From the NCBI GenBank assembly GCA_965208125.1, contig OZ242320.1, forward strand, positions 5,312,001 through 5,376,000: a DNA stretch of 64,000 bases. Direction: 5' to 3'. How positions within the stretch are numbered: position 1 is the stretch's first letter; the number at the start of each line of letters is the position of its first letter. Below the pieces are notes generated by a model. That model worked only from the letters and a program-made list of their open reading frames with translations. It did no database searches and was not told the DNA's origin. A program made the position numbers and the translations under genes. This stretch comes from Candidatus Latescibacterota bacterium (GTDB taxonomy: Bacteria; Latescibacterota; UBA2968). This document shows positions 8,923 to 18,815 of the stretch, one piece after another.

Positions 8923-10440
8923 ATGGTGAAAAAACTTTTCCGAATTGCAATAATTATCACCGCCGCCCCCTCAATCGCCCTATCGCAGTTCTTACCCGAC
9001 CTGACTGCGCTGAGCGAAACGATTAAGCCACAGGTATCGTCAATTCGCTCGCTCAACTTTGTCCAACCATTCACAATACGCTATCAGACAAACGCGGAAA
9101 TCACCGCATTCATAAACGATGAGTTCAATCAGACTGTACCGCAAACAATTCGTCAAAACTACGATCTATTAATCCGCGCCATCGGATTGCACCACGGCGG
9201 TGTTCCCTTTGACTTCGAAGCTATGATAAAAGCCACCCAAAGCCAAATAGGAGCCTATTATTATCCCGCAGACCGTTCTGTCAACATTCCCATAGGATCA
9301 ATTCCCATACAAGAGCTTCAAATAATCATAGCCCATGAACTCACGCATGTGCTACAAGACCAGCACTTTGGACTCGATCGCTTACTCAGCACTACAAACA
9401 GCGATGAATTATTAGCCCATCAAGCTCTCGCCGAAGGCGATGCAACGCTGGTGCAATACCTCTGGTTTTTCGATCGCGCTGGACGGGTGATGTCAGATGC
9501 CCAACTACAGCGATTCATAAACGATATTGCCAGCACGACAGTTGGCGAAGTCAAGCGCAACCTCAAAGATGCAACAGCAGATCCACAGGTCGTCAAAACG
9601 ATTGACGAAACCCCCGATTTTATATTCGAACAGCCAATTGGAATCTACTTTCGCGGACTGGCCTTTGTATTTGAGTTGAAAAAACGCGGAGGCTGGGCAA
9701 CAGTGAATCGCGCGTACACCAATCTGCCAATGTCAATGGAACACATCCTCCACCCGGACAAATACTTCGCGGGGGAATCCCTTGAGGAGATCGCACTTCC
9801 TGATTTGGCAAACGAAACCTTCACAGGAAATTGGGAATTGCTGGATCGGGATACACTGGGCGAATTAGGCCTCAGAATCATCTTCAACACCTTTGATATC
9901 CAAACATCACACGCAGCGGCCGCTGGCTGGCATGGCGACCAGTATGTCGTCCTCAAACACCGCGATGGCGCACCCGCGCTCGTCCTGTTCACGACATGGG
10001 ATACGGAACAGGACGCGACAGAGTTCAAGGCCGCCTACGAAGACGTGCTCGCAATTAAACACCGTGGAACCACAGACTTCATAATTGAGCAACAAGGGAC
10101 AGATGTATTAATTTCTGAATCATCTCGGGACCTCGACCTGTTATTTGCGTACCTCGAAAAAGTTCGATTCACCCCCACAGTTGCCCTCGAACTCTTCGAT
10201 TTTGACGGCGACCTCGTGATCGGCTTCTCGGACTTCCTCCTGTTCGCTGCCCACTTTGGCAAGAACAGTTCTGACCCTGATTTTGATCCGCGATTCGACA
10301 TCGATGCAGATGGTATGGTCGGCTTCACGGACTTTCTCGCATTTGCTTCTGCTTTCGGAAAACAAATCGCGCGCAACTCAAAACCCACTGTTGTAATTGA
10401 CCCGCACGTTATCCACCGCACGTTGGGATTCGTCCGATAA
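8923..10440 (+). CDS. Secreted putative Zn-metallopeptidase (HEXXH) with C-terminal dockerin-like/EF-hand pair
   Basis: Signal-peptide-like N-terminus; 'IIAHELTHVLQDQHF' and 'ALAEGDATL'; 'P.SMEHILHPDKY', 'DTLGELG', 'AAGWHGDQY'; duplicated 'DFDGD..IGFSDFLLFA..FG' and 'DIDADG.VGFTDFLAFA..FG'. Confidence 0.75.
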   Translation: MVKKLFRIAIIITAAPSIALSQFLPDLTALSETIKPQVSSIRSLNFVQPFTIRYQTNAEITAFINDEFNQTVPQTIRQNYDLLIRAIGLHHGGVPFDFEAMIKATQSQIGAYYYPADRSVNIPIGSIPIQELQIIIAHELTHVLQDQHFGLDRLLSTTNSDELLAHQALAEGDATLVQYLWFFDRAGRVMSDAQLQRFINDIASTTVGEVKRNLKDATADPQVVKTIDETPDFIFEQPIGIYFRGLAFVFELKKRGGWATVNRAYTNLPMSMEHILHPDKYFAGESLEEIALPDLANETFTGNWELLDRDTLGELGLRIIFNTFDIQTSHAAAAGWHGDQYVVLKHRDGAPALVLFTTWDTEQDATEFKAAYEDVLAIKHRGTTDFIIEQQGTDVLISESSRDLDLLFAYLEKVRFTPTVALELFDFDGDLVIGFSDFLLFAAHFGKNSSDPDFDPRFDIDADGMVGFTDFLAFASAFGKQIARNSKPTVVIDPHVIHRTLGFVR

Positions 10441-10460
10441 AGCGGTCAGGCATATCCTCT

Positions 10461-11954
10461 ATGTCTATTCCCAAACATCCGCGCTTTGCCATGCGCAGCA
10501 TTCGCAAAACCTTTGGCGCGACTATCGCGCTCGACAATGTCGATTTTGCCGTTTTAGCCGGCGAAATCCACGCCCTCATCGGTGAAAATGGTGCTGGTAA
10601 AAGCACCTTGATGAAAGTGCTATCGGGAGCCTTGCAACCCGATGCCGGAGAAATGGCTGTTGACGGATCGCCCTTCGCGCCAGACAATCCTCTCCAGGCA
10701 CGCCAGCAGGGCGTAGCCATGATCTATCAAGAGCTCTCCCTCGCGCCACATCTAACCGTTGTAGAAAATGTCCTCCTCGGAATGGAAATCACGCGACGCG
10801 GGTTATTGCAAAAATCAGACATGCACGCCCTTGTTCAAAACGCGCTGACAGAACTCGATCATGCCGACATCGATCCCCACGCGCGCGTGAGCACCCTCAC
10901 CATTGCCGAACGGCAAATTGTAGAAATTGCACGCGCACTATCTGTGCAATGCCGCGTCCTCGTCCTCGACGAACCCACCAGCAGCCTCACGCGCGCAGAT
11001 GCCGACCGTTTATTTCGCGTGATGAAACGCCTGAAAGCGCGAAATTTGGCAATCGTCTATATCTCGCACTTTCTCGAAGAAATCAAAGAAATCGCCGACC
11101 AATTCACAGTTCTGCGCGACGGCAAAAAAGCTGGCAGTGGCCCGGTCGCCCAAACTCCCATACCCGATATCGTTCACCTCATGGTCGGTCGGCAAATAGA
11201 CGATTTTTTTCCGCGTACCAAACGCACACCGGGCGAACCACTCCTCAACCTCACAGACTTCGCTGCCGATCCTCTCCCTCACAGCGCGTCCCTCGTTCTG
11301 CACCGCGGAGAAGTACTCGGCATCGGTGGACTCATCGGTGCTGGCCGTACAGAACTTTTGCGCGCCATCTTTGGCCTTGCCTCCATCCGCAAAGGCAATA
11401 TCACCTTCGCGCACAACACTACCCGCGCAACGCCAGCACAGCGTCTTGCGCAGGGCATGGGATTGCTCAGCGAAGACCGCAAAGACGAGGGCCTCGCCCA
11501 GTCGATGAGCCTGGCCGATAACCTTACCCTCTCGCACTTGCCCAGAGGGATCATCTTTCCCAAAAAACTGCGCGCCATTGCCCACCAATGGATATCTCGC
11601 CTCGGCATTCGCACATCGGGACCTGCACAATCCATTGCAGACCTCTCCGGCGGTAACCAGCAAAAAGTCGCGCTCGCCCGCCTGCTCTGCCACGACGTAG
11701 ATTGCCTGCTTTTGGACGAACCCACGCGCGGTATTGACATTGCCAGCAAAGCCGACATCTACCACCTGATTGACCAACTCGCAACACAGGGCAAAGCCAT
11801 TTTCCTCGTAAGCAGTTACCTGCCCGAACTCCTCGGGATATGCGATCGCATCGCCGTCATGTACCGCGGTCGCCTCGGTCCCGCGCGTCCCGTTGACAAA
11901 TGTAGCGAACACAGCCTCATGCTCGAAGCGACTGGGCAGGAGGTCGCACTGTGA
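10461..11954 (+). CDS. Sugar ABC transporter ATP-binding protein (RbsA-like, two NBDs)
   Basis: GENGAGKST, 'LDEPTSSL', 'YISH', 'LSGGNQQKV', 'DEPTRGID'. Confidence 0.95.
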   Translation: MSIPKHPRFAMRSIRKTFGATIALDNVDFAVLAGEIHALIGENGAGKSTLMKVLSGALQPDAGEMAVDGSPFAPDNPLQARQQGVAMIYQELSLAPHLTVVENVLLGMEITRRGLLQKSDMHALVQNALTELDHADIDPHARVSTLTIAERQIVEIARALSVQCRVLVLDEPTSSLTRADADRLFRVMKRLKARNLAIVYISHFLEEIKEIADQFTVLRDGKKAGSGPVAQTPIPDIVHLMVGRQIDDFFPRTKRTPGEPLLNLTDFAADPLPHSASLVLHRGEVLGIGGLIGAGRTELLRAIFGLASIRKGNITFAHNTTRATPAQRLAQGMGLLSEDRKDEGLAQSMSLADNLTLSHLPRGIIFPKKLRAIAHQWISRLGIRTSGPAQSIADLSGGNQQKVALARLLCHDVDCLLLDEPTRGIDIASKADIYHLIDQLATQGKAIFLVSSYLPELLGICDRIAVMYRGRLGPARPVDKCSEHSLMLEATGQEVAL

Positions 11955-12889
11955 ATCATCTATCGCGCTTTGCTCCCCTGCTCGGCCTATTTGCAGTTTA
12001 CGGCCTATTCGCCATTCTCGGTCCCGACAGCTTTAGCAGCGGTCGCAACCTCGAAACCATCGCGCGTCAAACAGCCATTGTAGGCACGGCAGCACTCGGC
12101 ATGACCCTCGTCATCATTGCCGGGGGCATCGACCTATCCGTCGGCTCCATCATAGCCCTGACCACCGTCACCATCGCCGCATCGCTCCAGACTGGCCTGT
12201 CACCCCCTGTTGCCGCGCTCATCGGCATACTCACAGGTGCGCTGTGTGGCCTTGTCAACGGCCTGATTATCACCCGTTTTCGCGTCGTGCCTTTTATCGT
12301 CACACTCGGCACGCTACTGCTCGTGCGCGGCATTGCCAAAGGACTGGCCAGCGAACAGAAAATCGACGCCCCCCTCACCTATCTCATCGACCTGCTCGCA
12401 GCACTACCGCAAGGTGCGTGGTGGATATTCCCACCCGGCGTATGGCTCCTCATCATCCTCGCCCTGCTCACTGGCGGATTCCTCGCCTATACCCGCCCGG
12501 GCAAACACATCGTCGCCATTGGATCCAACGAAAACACGGCTCGCCTGTGCGGTATCCGCGTCGAAGCCACCAAATTACTCGTCTATACCCTCGCCGGAAC
12601 ATCCGCAGGCATAGCCGGGCTCCTCCAATTTTCGCGCCTCACCGTAGGCGATCCCACGGTCGCCGTTGGCCTCGAACTCGACGTCATTGCAGCCGTTGTC
12701 ATCGGCGGAGGTAGCCTCTCGGGTGGTGAAGGCTCAGTACTCGGCAGCGTAGTCGGCGCACTGATCATGACCGTCATTCGCTCTGGCTGTTCACAAATGG
12801 GCCTGCCAAATTGGGTGCAAGAAATCGTCACCGGTATTATTATAGTCATCGCCGTAGCAGTAGATAGATTGAGACATCGTGAAAGATAG
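11951..12889 (+). CDS. Sugar ABC transporter permease (RbsC-like)
   Basis: 'GGIDLSVGS', 'PFIVTLG', 'AIGSNE.TARL.G', 'ELDVIAAVVIGG.SL.GG.GS'. Confidence 0.95.
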   Translation: MNHLSRFAPLLGLFAVYGLFAILGPDSFSSGRNLETIARQTAIVGTAALGMTLVIIAGGIDLSVGSIIALTTVTIAASLQTGLSPPVAALIGILTGALCGLVNGLIITRFRVVPFIVTLGTLLLVRGIAKGLASEQKIDAPLTYLIDLLAALPQGAWWIFPPGVWLLIILALLTGGFLAYTRPGKHIVAIGSNENTARLCGIRVEATKLLVYTLAGTSAGIAGLLQFSRLTVGDPTVAVGLELDVIAAVVIGGGSLSGGEGSVLGSVVGALIMTVIRSGCSQMGLPNWVQEIVTGIIIVIAVAVDRLRHRER

Positions 12890-13009
12890 ACGAAGCAATC
12901 CAGTCTGTTTTTTGCAACTTATTTTTGATACTTGAGTTAGAAAAAACATATCTTATTGCAGACCTGAGCCAACAACCTGGCTCATTCACCCATTCCAAGG
13001 AGTAAACCT

Positions 13010-13453
13010 ATGCAAGCCCAACGCACTCTCCCCCTCATCGTCCTAACCTTTTTGTTCGCTACAACCCCCGCCTTTGCAGGCACTGTCGAAGTAGAAGGCG
13101 AAGGCACGCCAGCCCTGTACGTGGTTAAGGTACACGCCGACTGGTGCGGCTCCTGCAAGGCACTGGTACCCATTCTCGACGAAGTCCGAGAAACCATGTC
13201 TTCCGAACCTGTTCTCTTTCTCACCCTGGACGTAACCGACGCAGACCGCACCGGCCAGGCTCGCCTGCTGGCCGCTGCCCTCGGCATAGAGCAACACCTC
13301 AAAGCCAATAACAAGACCGGACTGGTCCTGATCATCAACCCCTCGGATAAAGCCCTGCTGGAAACCCTGACAAAAGAAAACAACGCCGATGAAATGATCG
13401 GCAAAATCGAGGGCCATATTGCCGAAACTGCGAACGAAGACATGGACATGTGA
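13010..13453 (+). CDS. Exported thioredoxin-like protein
   Basis: Signal peptide ending 'PAFA'; 'KVHADWCGSCK' CxxC; AAGGAG RBS. Confidence 0.85.
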   Translation: MQAQRTLPLIVLTFLFATTPAFAGTVEVEGEGTPALYVVKVHADWCGSCKALVPILDEVRETMSSEPVLFLTLDVTDADRTGQARLLAAALGIEQHLKANNKTGLVLIINPSDKALLETLTKENNADEMIGKIEGHIAETANEDMDM

Positions 13454-13471
13454 GGCAAGAGATCGAATTAC

Positions 13472-13505
13472 GGTGCATCGCTTAGCGAACACTGGGCGAT
13501 GCACC
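13472..13505. repeat. Intergenic stem-loop without clear U-tract
   Basis: GGTGCATCGC (13472-13481) / GCGATGCACC (13496-13505), extendable with G-U pairs. Confidence 0.5.
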
Positions 13506-13549
13506 TGAAAGATCAACTATATTAAAACTGCAATTATCGGAATCAACAC

Positions 13550-14827
13550 ATGAACAAAGACACCGCATTTCAAATGGGAGCCTCAAACCTGCGCTTTGGG
13601 GTGGAAACAACGCGCGAGATCGGCCTGGACCTGTCCGACATGGGCCTCAGGCGCGTCCTCGTCATCACCGACCCCAACCTCGTCGATCTGTCCCCTGTCC
13701 AAATCGCGAGAGAGAGCCTGGAATCCGAAGGCATAGAATACGACCTATTTGACCGCGTACGCGTGGAACCCACAGATATCTCCTTCAAAGACGCCATCGC
13801 AGTCGCCACAGAAGGCGCTTACGAAGGCTATGTCGCCATCGGGGGCGGTTCATCTATCGACACGGCAAAAGCAGCCAACTTATTTGCAACCTATCCCGAC
13901 GACTTCTTCGCCTATATCAACGCCCCCATCGGCCAGGGCAAACCCGTTCCCGGCCCCGTCAAACCCCTCTTTGCCATTCCCACCACAGCCGGCACAGGCA
14001 GCGAAACCACGGGCGTAGCCATTATGGACCTCTCTGACCGCCACGTCAAAACCGGCATTGCACACCGCTATCTCAAACCCAACCTCGCCATTGTCGATCC
14101 CGAAAACACGCGCACCATGCCACCTTCCATCGCAGCGGCAACCGGTCTCGATGTCCTTTGCCACGCCCTCGAATCCTTTACCGCCATCCCCTACACCGAA
14201 CGCCCCAGACCCAATCGCCCAATCGAACGCCCCGCCTATCAGGGCGCCAACCCCATTTCCGACATGTGGGCACTCAAAGCCATTGAAATGACCACGCAAT
14301 ACCTGCCCCGCGCGGTTCGCAACCCCGACGACGACGAAGCCCGCGCGCAAATGATCCTCGCCGCATCGCTCGCCGGCATCGGTTTTGGCAATGCAGGCGT
14401 TCACCTCTGCCACGGCATGTCGTATCCCGTCTCAGGTATGGTGCGAGACTTCAAACCCAAAGGCATGATCACGGACCACGCCATCATCCCACACGGCATG
14501 TCCGTCGTCCTCAACGCCCCTCCCGTCTTTCGATTCACAGGACCCGCACGGCCAGACCGCCACCTTCGGGCTGCACAGATCATGGGCGCAGACATCTCCA
14601 ACGCATCTCCCGACGAAGCGGGCCACATTCTCGCCGATCAAATCGTCGCCCTGATGAAGCAACTCGAAGTGCCCAACGGTCTGTCATCAATCGGATTCTC
14701 CGAAAGCGACATCCCCGCACTCGTCGAAGGCACCCTTCCCCAACACCGCGTCACCAAACTCTCACCGCGCCCCGCAGAAGCCGAAGACCTGGAGAGCCTG
14801 TTCAAAGATGCAATGGTCGCCTGGTAA
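13550..14827 (+). CDS. Hydroxyacid-oxoacid transhydrogenase (HOT/ADHFE1-like iron-containing ADH family)
   Basis: 'VRVEPTD.SF', 'GGGSSIDTAKAANL', 'Y.NAPIG.G.P', 'PTTAGTGSETTG', 'RPAYQGANPISD', 'GNAGVHLCHGMSYP', 'PHG.SV'. Confidence 0.9.
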   Translation: MNKDTAFQMGASNLRFGVETTREIGLDLSDMGLRRVLVITDPNLVDLSPVQIARESLESEGIEYDLFDRVRVEPTDISFKDAIAVATEGAYEGYVAIGGGSSIDTAKAANLFATYPDDFFAYINAPIGQGKPVPGPVKPLFAIPTTAGTGSETTGVAIMDLSDRHVKTGIAHRYLKPNLAIVDPENTRTMPPSIAAATGLDVLCHALESFTAIPYTERPRPNRPIERPAYQGANPISDMWALKAIEMTTQYLPRAVRNPDDDEARAQMILAASLAGIGFGNAGVHLCHGMSYPVSGMVRDFKPKGMITDHAIIPHGMSVVLNAPPVFRFTGPARPDRHLRAAQIMGADISNASPDEAGHILADQIVALMKQLEVPNGLSSIGFSESDIPALVEGTLPQHRVTKLSPRPAEAEDLESLFKDAMVAW

Positions 14828-14911
14828 TCAAAGGTTGCCATTCTGTTTCTGAAATATTATGATGTAAGGCACCAACAGCATCGATATACAGGCATAACAG
14901 GAGGGCTTTTC

Positions 14912-16795
14912 GTGGACGCTAAACTAATCTGGCTCTTTGCTTTTGTGGGACTTTACTGGGCTTACTGCCTCTTCTGGGGGGTCAGAGGCGCCATCTCTTC
15001 ACGAACATCAACCGACTACTTCGTGGCTGGGCGCACCATTGGCTTATGGGTATTTGTTCTTGCGGCCACCGCCACCAGTTTTTCCGGCTGGACCTTTGTA
15101 GGACACCCCGGCAAAATCCTCACGGACGGTCTGCCCTACGCATTCGCTTCCTTCTATGCCCTCACAATTCCCTTTACAGGCGTGCTCTTTTTGCGCCGCC
15201 AATGGGTCGTTGGTCGGGCGTTTGAACACATTACCCCCGGCGAAATGTACACCGAATATTACGGTGGCAACGCCATGCGCCTGCTCACCGTCCTTGTCGC
15301 CTTTCTCTTTTCAGTACCCTATCTCGGTGTGCAACTTCGCGCCTCTGGCGACCTCTTCCACGTACTCACCGATGGCCTGATCGGCATTGAAATTGGTATG
15401 TTCGCCCTCTCTGCCATTGTTATGATCTACGTCGCATCCGGCGGTCTTCGATCTGTAGCCTACGTTGACTGCGCCCAGTGCATCTTGCTCGCCCTCGGCA
15501 TTGTCATCCTGGGAGGCATCGCCATCAGCTTTGCAGGAGGTTGGGGTGGATTTACCGACGGCCTGGCAAACTATGTCAAACAAGACCTCGCATCGGGTCA
15601 AAAACTCACCCCCGCCGGTCACTCAAACATAGTGGCTATGCCGGGAACTATCCAGGCCGTATCTTCAGGGGCAGAAGCACAGGGCAGTGTGTGGACCGGC
15701 ATGATGTGCCTCACCTACATGTTCGCGCTCATGGGCATCCAATCCTCACCCGCCTTTTCCATGTGGTGCTTTTCCAACAAAACCAGCGAACCCTTCCGCT
15801 GGCAGCAAGTGGTGGCATCCTCTATTATCATCGGCATCATCCTCTTCACCTTCACCATCTTTCAGGGCATTGGGGGCAACATCCTCATTGCAAACGGCAT
15901 CTTTGAATCCGCCAATGACAAAAACCTCGTCCCCCAACTCATCAACCTGCTCACCGACTCGGCTCCCTGGCTCGTTGGCCTGCTCGCGGTTTGTGCCCTC
16001 GCAGCAATGCAATCCACAGGCGCTGCCTACATGTCCACCTTCTCGGGCATGGTCACGCGCGATCTCTACAAACAGTACGTCGCCCCCGACGCATCGGACA
16101 GCGTGCAAAAACTCTGTGGGCGCATCTTTGTCATCGTCGTCACAGTGGTCGCGCTATTCGTCGCCGCGCAATTCACCGGCGCCATCGTCATGCTCGGCGG
16201 CCTGGCCGTTGCCTACGGCTTCCAGATGTACCCGGCTCTCATGGGCGTGTGTTACTTTCCCTGGCTCACCCGCAAAGGCGTGGTCTGGGGCCTTGTTGCC
16301 GGCCTTATAGCCGTCACCTTGACCGACCGCACAGTAGCCGTATTTGGACTACCCTGGGGCGCTTTTCCCCTCACCATTCACAGTGCGGGCTGGGGCATTT
16401 TCGCCAACCTGATCATTGCCCTATTCGTCTCAAAATTTGGTTCAGAAAACAGTGAAGAACGCGAAAAGCGCGAAAGACATCACGCCTTCATCCAGGCCGT
16501 CTCTGGCCTCACCGAAGACCAGAAGAAATGGGTGACACCGGCGTGGATCCTCACAGTTTTGTGGTTCCTCGTTGGATTCGGGCCTTTTGCCACGGTTGGC
16601 AACACCCTCTTTTCCGACCCCAATACCCCGGCCACATGGGCGCCTTTTGGTTTGCCCTCGCTCTGGGTCTGGCAACTCCTCATGCTACTCTTCGGTATCT
16701 TCGTCATGTGGATGCTCGCCTTCAAAGTTGGCCTCTCCAAACCCATTCCCATCGAAAACGTAGCATCACAGCGCAAAGCACTTTTTGAAGAGTAA
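14912..16795 (+). CDS. Sodium:solute symporter family protein
   Basis: Multiple TM helices; 'DYFVAGR', 'ATSFSGWTFVGHPG', 'GGLRSVAYVD', 'AAMQST'; GTG start with GGAGG RBS. Confidence 0.9.
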   Translation: MDAKLIWLFAFVGLYWAYCLFWGVRGAISSRTSTDYFVAGRTIGLWVFVLAATATSFSGWTFVGHPGKILTDGLPYAFASFYALTIPFTGVLFLRRQWVVGRAFEHITPGEMYTEYYGGNAMRLLTVLVAFLFSVPYLGVQLRASGDLFHVLTDGLIGIEIGMFALSAIVMIYVASGGLRSVAYVDCAQCILLALGIVILGGIAISFAGGWGGFTDGLANYVKQDLASGQKLTPAGHSNIVAMPGTIQAVSSGAEAQGSVWTGMMCLTYMFALMGIQSSPAFSMWCFSNKTSEPFRWQQVVASSIIIGIILFTFTIFQGIGGNILIANGIFESANDKNLVPQLINLLTDSAPWLVGLLAVCALAAMQSTGAAYMSTFSGMVTRDLYKQYVAPDASDSVQKLCGRIFVIVVTVVALFVAAQFTGAIVMLGGLAVAYGFQMYPALMGVCYFPWLTRKGVVWGLVAGLIAVTLTDRTVAVFGLPWGAFPLTIHSAGWGIFANLIIALFVSKFGSENSEEREKRERHHAFIQAVSGLTEDQKKWVTPAWILTVLWFLVGFGPFATVGNTLFSDPNTPATWAPFGLPSLWVWQLLMLLFGIFVMWMLAFKVGLSKPIPIENVASQRKALFEE

Positions 16796-16826
16796 AAAGA
16801 GCACCGGTGGATTTTCCACCGGGCTT
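16794..16826. terminator. Probable terminator hairpin between convergent genes
   Basis: CCGGTGGA-ttt-TCCACCGG (16804-16822) with nearby A-run (U-run on minus strand). Confidence 0.55.
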
Positions 16827-16832
16827 AATGGG

Positions 16833-17864
16833 TTATTCCCACAAACCATCATCAAACCACACCCCAAAACCCGATCCCTCACCTGGCGCAATTTTGCCAT
16901 CCATTACTTGCGGCTGATCGTGCACCCACGTCATCCAGGGGCGTCCGCTTTCAGCCAGCGGATCGGGATCGAGCGCGACAATCGCGTGCAGTGCCCACAC
17001 CTCTCCTCCGCGATGTGGACACACCTCGACATTGTAATCTTTTGCCAACGCGTAAATTTTCACCAACTCTGTCAACCCACCACACCAGCACACATCGGGT
17101 TGATATATGGCATGCAATCCTCTTCGCATCAGCACCTCAAATCCACGTGCCGTATATTCGTGCTCGCCACTCGCAATTGGAATAGGACTCTCGCGCATCA
17201 ACCGTTCATAGCCGTCAAAATCCTCTGGCAAAAGCGGCTCTTCCAACCAGTCCAAATTGAACTCAGCCAACCGATTCGCAGCGCGCAATGTGCCCTCCAC
17301 ATCCCACGACATTGACGCATCGCACATCAGTTGAATATCGGCACCCACGGCAGCACGTACATCCGCAAAAAAATCCGCTATGGCATCCAATTCACTGTGG
17401 GGATCCATCCCGCCAATGCCAAATTTTAATGCCTTATAGCCCAGCGCGAGTGCGCCCTCAAGACCATCCCGAGACCACCCCGTGCGATACGATGGCACCG
17501 CCATTCGCGTTCCCCCCAGCACTTCGACAAGCGGTTTATTCGCCCGCTTACCCCTCAAATCCCACAATGCCAAATCTGCGCCACTAATCGCCATCATCGC
17601 AATACCCTTGCGTCCATAAGCTGCGGTATGGCGATACATCGCATCCCACAACCCCTCGACATCCCCGGCATTCGCGCCAATCAAGACCTCGCGCAACACC
17701 GTCTGAACCACGTGAATACCCGCCGGACCGCCTCCACCGACACCGTATCCCGACAACCCATCATCCGTATCAATACGAACGAGAATCTGTCCAATCGTTC
17801 CGCGCCAACCAGCAGGCGCGCGATCAGCTTCGGGCTGCACTGCGCGAACATGTGTAATGATCAT
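16833..17864 (-). CDS. Mandelate racemase/enolase-superfamily sugar-acid dehydratase (L-rhamnonate dehydratase-like); likely start 17864
   Basis: 'YGRKGIA..AISG.DLALWDL.GK', KxK 'KALK', metal ligands 'CDA', 'WLEEP', 'GEHEYT', 'QPDV.WCGG', 'PH'. Confidence 0.88.
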   Translation of the reverse strand: MIITHVRAVQPEADRAPAGWRGTIGQILVRIDTDDGLSGYGVGGGGPAGIHVVQTVLREVLIGANAGDVEGLWDAMYRHTAAYGRKGIAMMAISGADLALWDLRGKRANKPLVEVLGGTRMAVPSYRTGWSRDGLEGALALGYKALKFGIGGMDPHSELDAIADFFADVRAAVGADIQLMCDASMSWDVEGTLRAANRLAEFNLDWLEEPLLPEDFDGYERLMRESPIPIASGEHEYTARGFEVLMRRGLHAIYQPDVCWCGGLTELVKIYALAKDYNVEVCPHRGGEVWALHAIVALDPDPLAESGRPWMTWVHDQPQVMDGKIAPGEGSGFGVWFDDGLWE

Positions 17865-17979
17865 ATGCGATCTCCTATTTGAAATGAAAAACAATTGCCA
17901 TTCTGCTTCTTGATATGAGATCCGGTTCTGGGTATATTTACCCCAACTGACTTACCCGCCAAATTCTCGGAGAAATATA

Positions 17980-18726
17980 ATGGACAAAACAATCAGACGC
18001 ACGCCTGATGGAAAGCCCGAAAGGCGCACGCCTGATGAAATGTTGCGCGATGCCGTGTCAGGCGATACCGATATTCCCGGCAAAGGTAAGCCACTCGACC
18101 TAAAAGCGTATTTCCGTCCCGATGCGGAACATCGCATGGCGGGCAAAATCCTGCGCGACAATAATGTGCTTCCCGCACATCTCCAGGAACGCAAAGACGC
18201 AGAAGAATACCTTAAAAATGCCGAAGAGTATCTGCAACGCGCAACCGAAAAAATTGCGCCATTGCAAAAAGCAATTCGCCCCCTCGCGCAAACACTCATC
18301 CGCACGTTTTCCAGCGACAAAGAGATGTTCGAAGCACTCGGCCTGAATGCACTCTCAGAAAATTTTCATCCCAACGCGGAAACGCCGCCTGCGAGCGCAT
18401 CCGATCTCCTTGAGACCATCAGCACCTTTGACCAATTGTGTAAACAATACAATGCGCGGGTGCGCGACCTGACATACCGCTACCTCGAAAACCTGCGCCT
18501 CGCGCACGAAAATATCGAAGCCAGCAAAAAGCGGCAACTCGTCAACCGCTCGCTTTTGCCGGCATACGCACCCATTGCCAAAGTCGATATCGAAGCGCAG
18601 AGAGAATACATTCAAACGCGATTCCCCCTCCTGCCCGAACGCCCACACGACTGGCAATCGCGGCTCAAAACATGGCAACGCTCTCAAAAGCCATCCCTCT
18701 GGAATCGTCTGTTCATATCTGTCTGA
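17980..18726 (+). CDS. DUF1992 (DnaJ-associated) domain protein with helical C-terminus
   Basis: 'DIPGKGKPLDL...RMA.KIL.DN.VLP' signature; GGAG RBS. Confidence 0.75.
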   Translation: MDKTIRRTPDGKPERRTPDEMLRDAVSGDTDIPGKGKPLDLKAYFRPDAEHRMAGKILRDNNVLPAHLQERKDAEEYLKNAEEYLQRATEKIAPLQKAIRPLAQTLIRTFSSDKEMFEALGLNALSENFHPNAETPPASASDLLETISTFDQLCKQYNARVRDLTYRYLENLRLAHENIEASKKRQLVNRSLLPAYAPIAKVDIEAQREYIQTRFPLLPERPHDWQSRLKTWQRSQKPSLWNRLFISV

Positions 18727-18743
18727 TCCACTCCTATCTTGTC

Positions 18744-18772
18744 TTGACGTATTTGCCAAATTCCAGTAACTT
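18744..18772 (+). promoter_or_regulatory. Candidate sigma70-type promoter for the ABC exporter
   Basis: TTGACG-N17-TAACTT upstream of AGGAG RBS and GTG start. Confidence 0.4.
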
Positions 18773-18815
18773 ATAAGTAAGTAAGCACTTTCTTTCTTTT
18801 ATCAGGAGTTGATCT

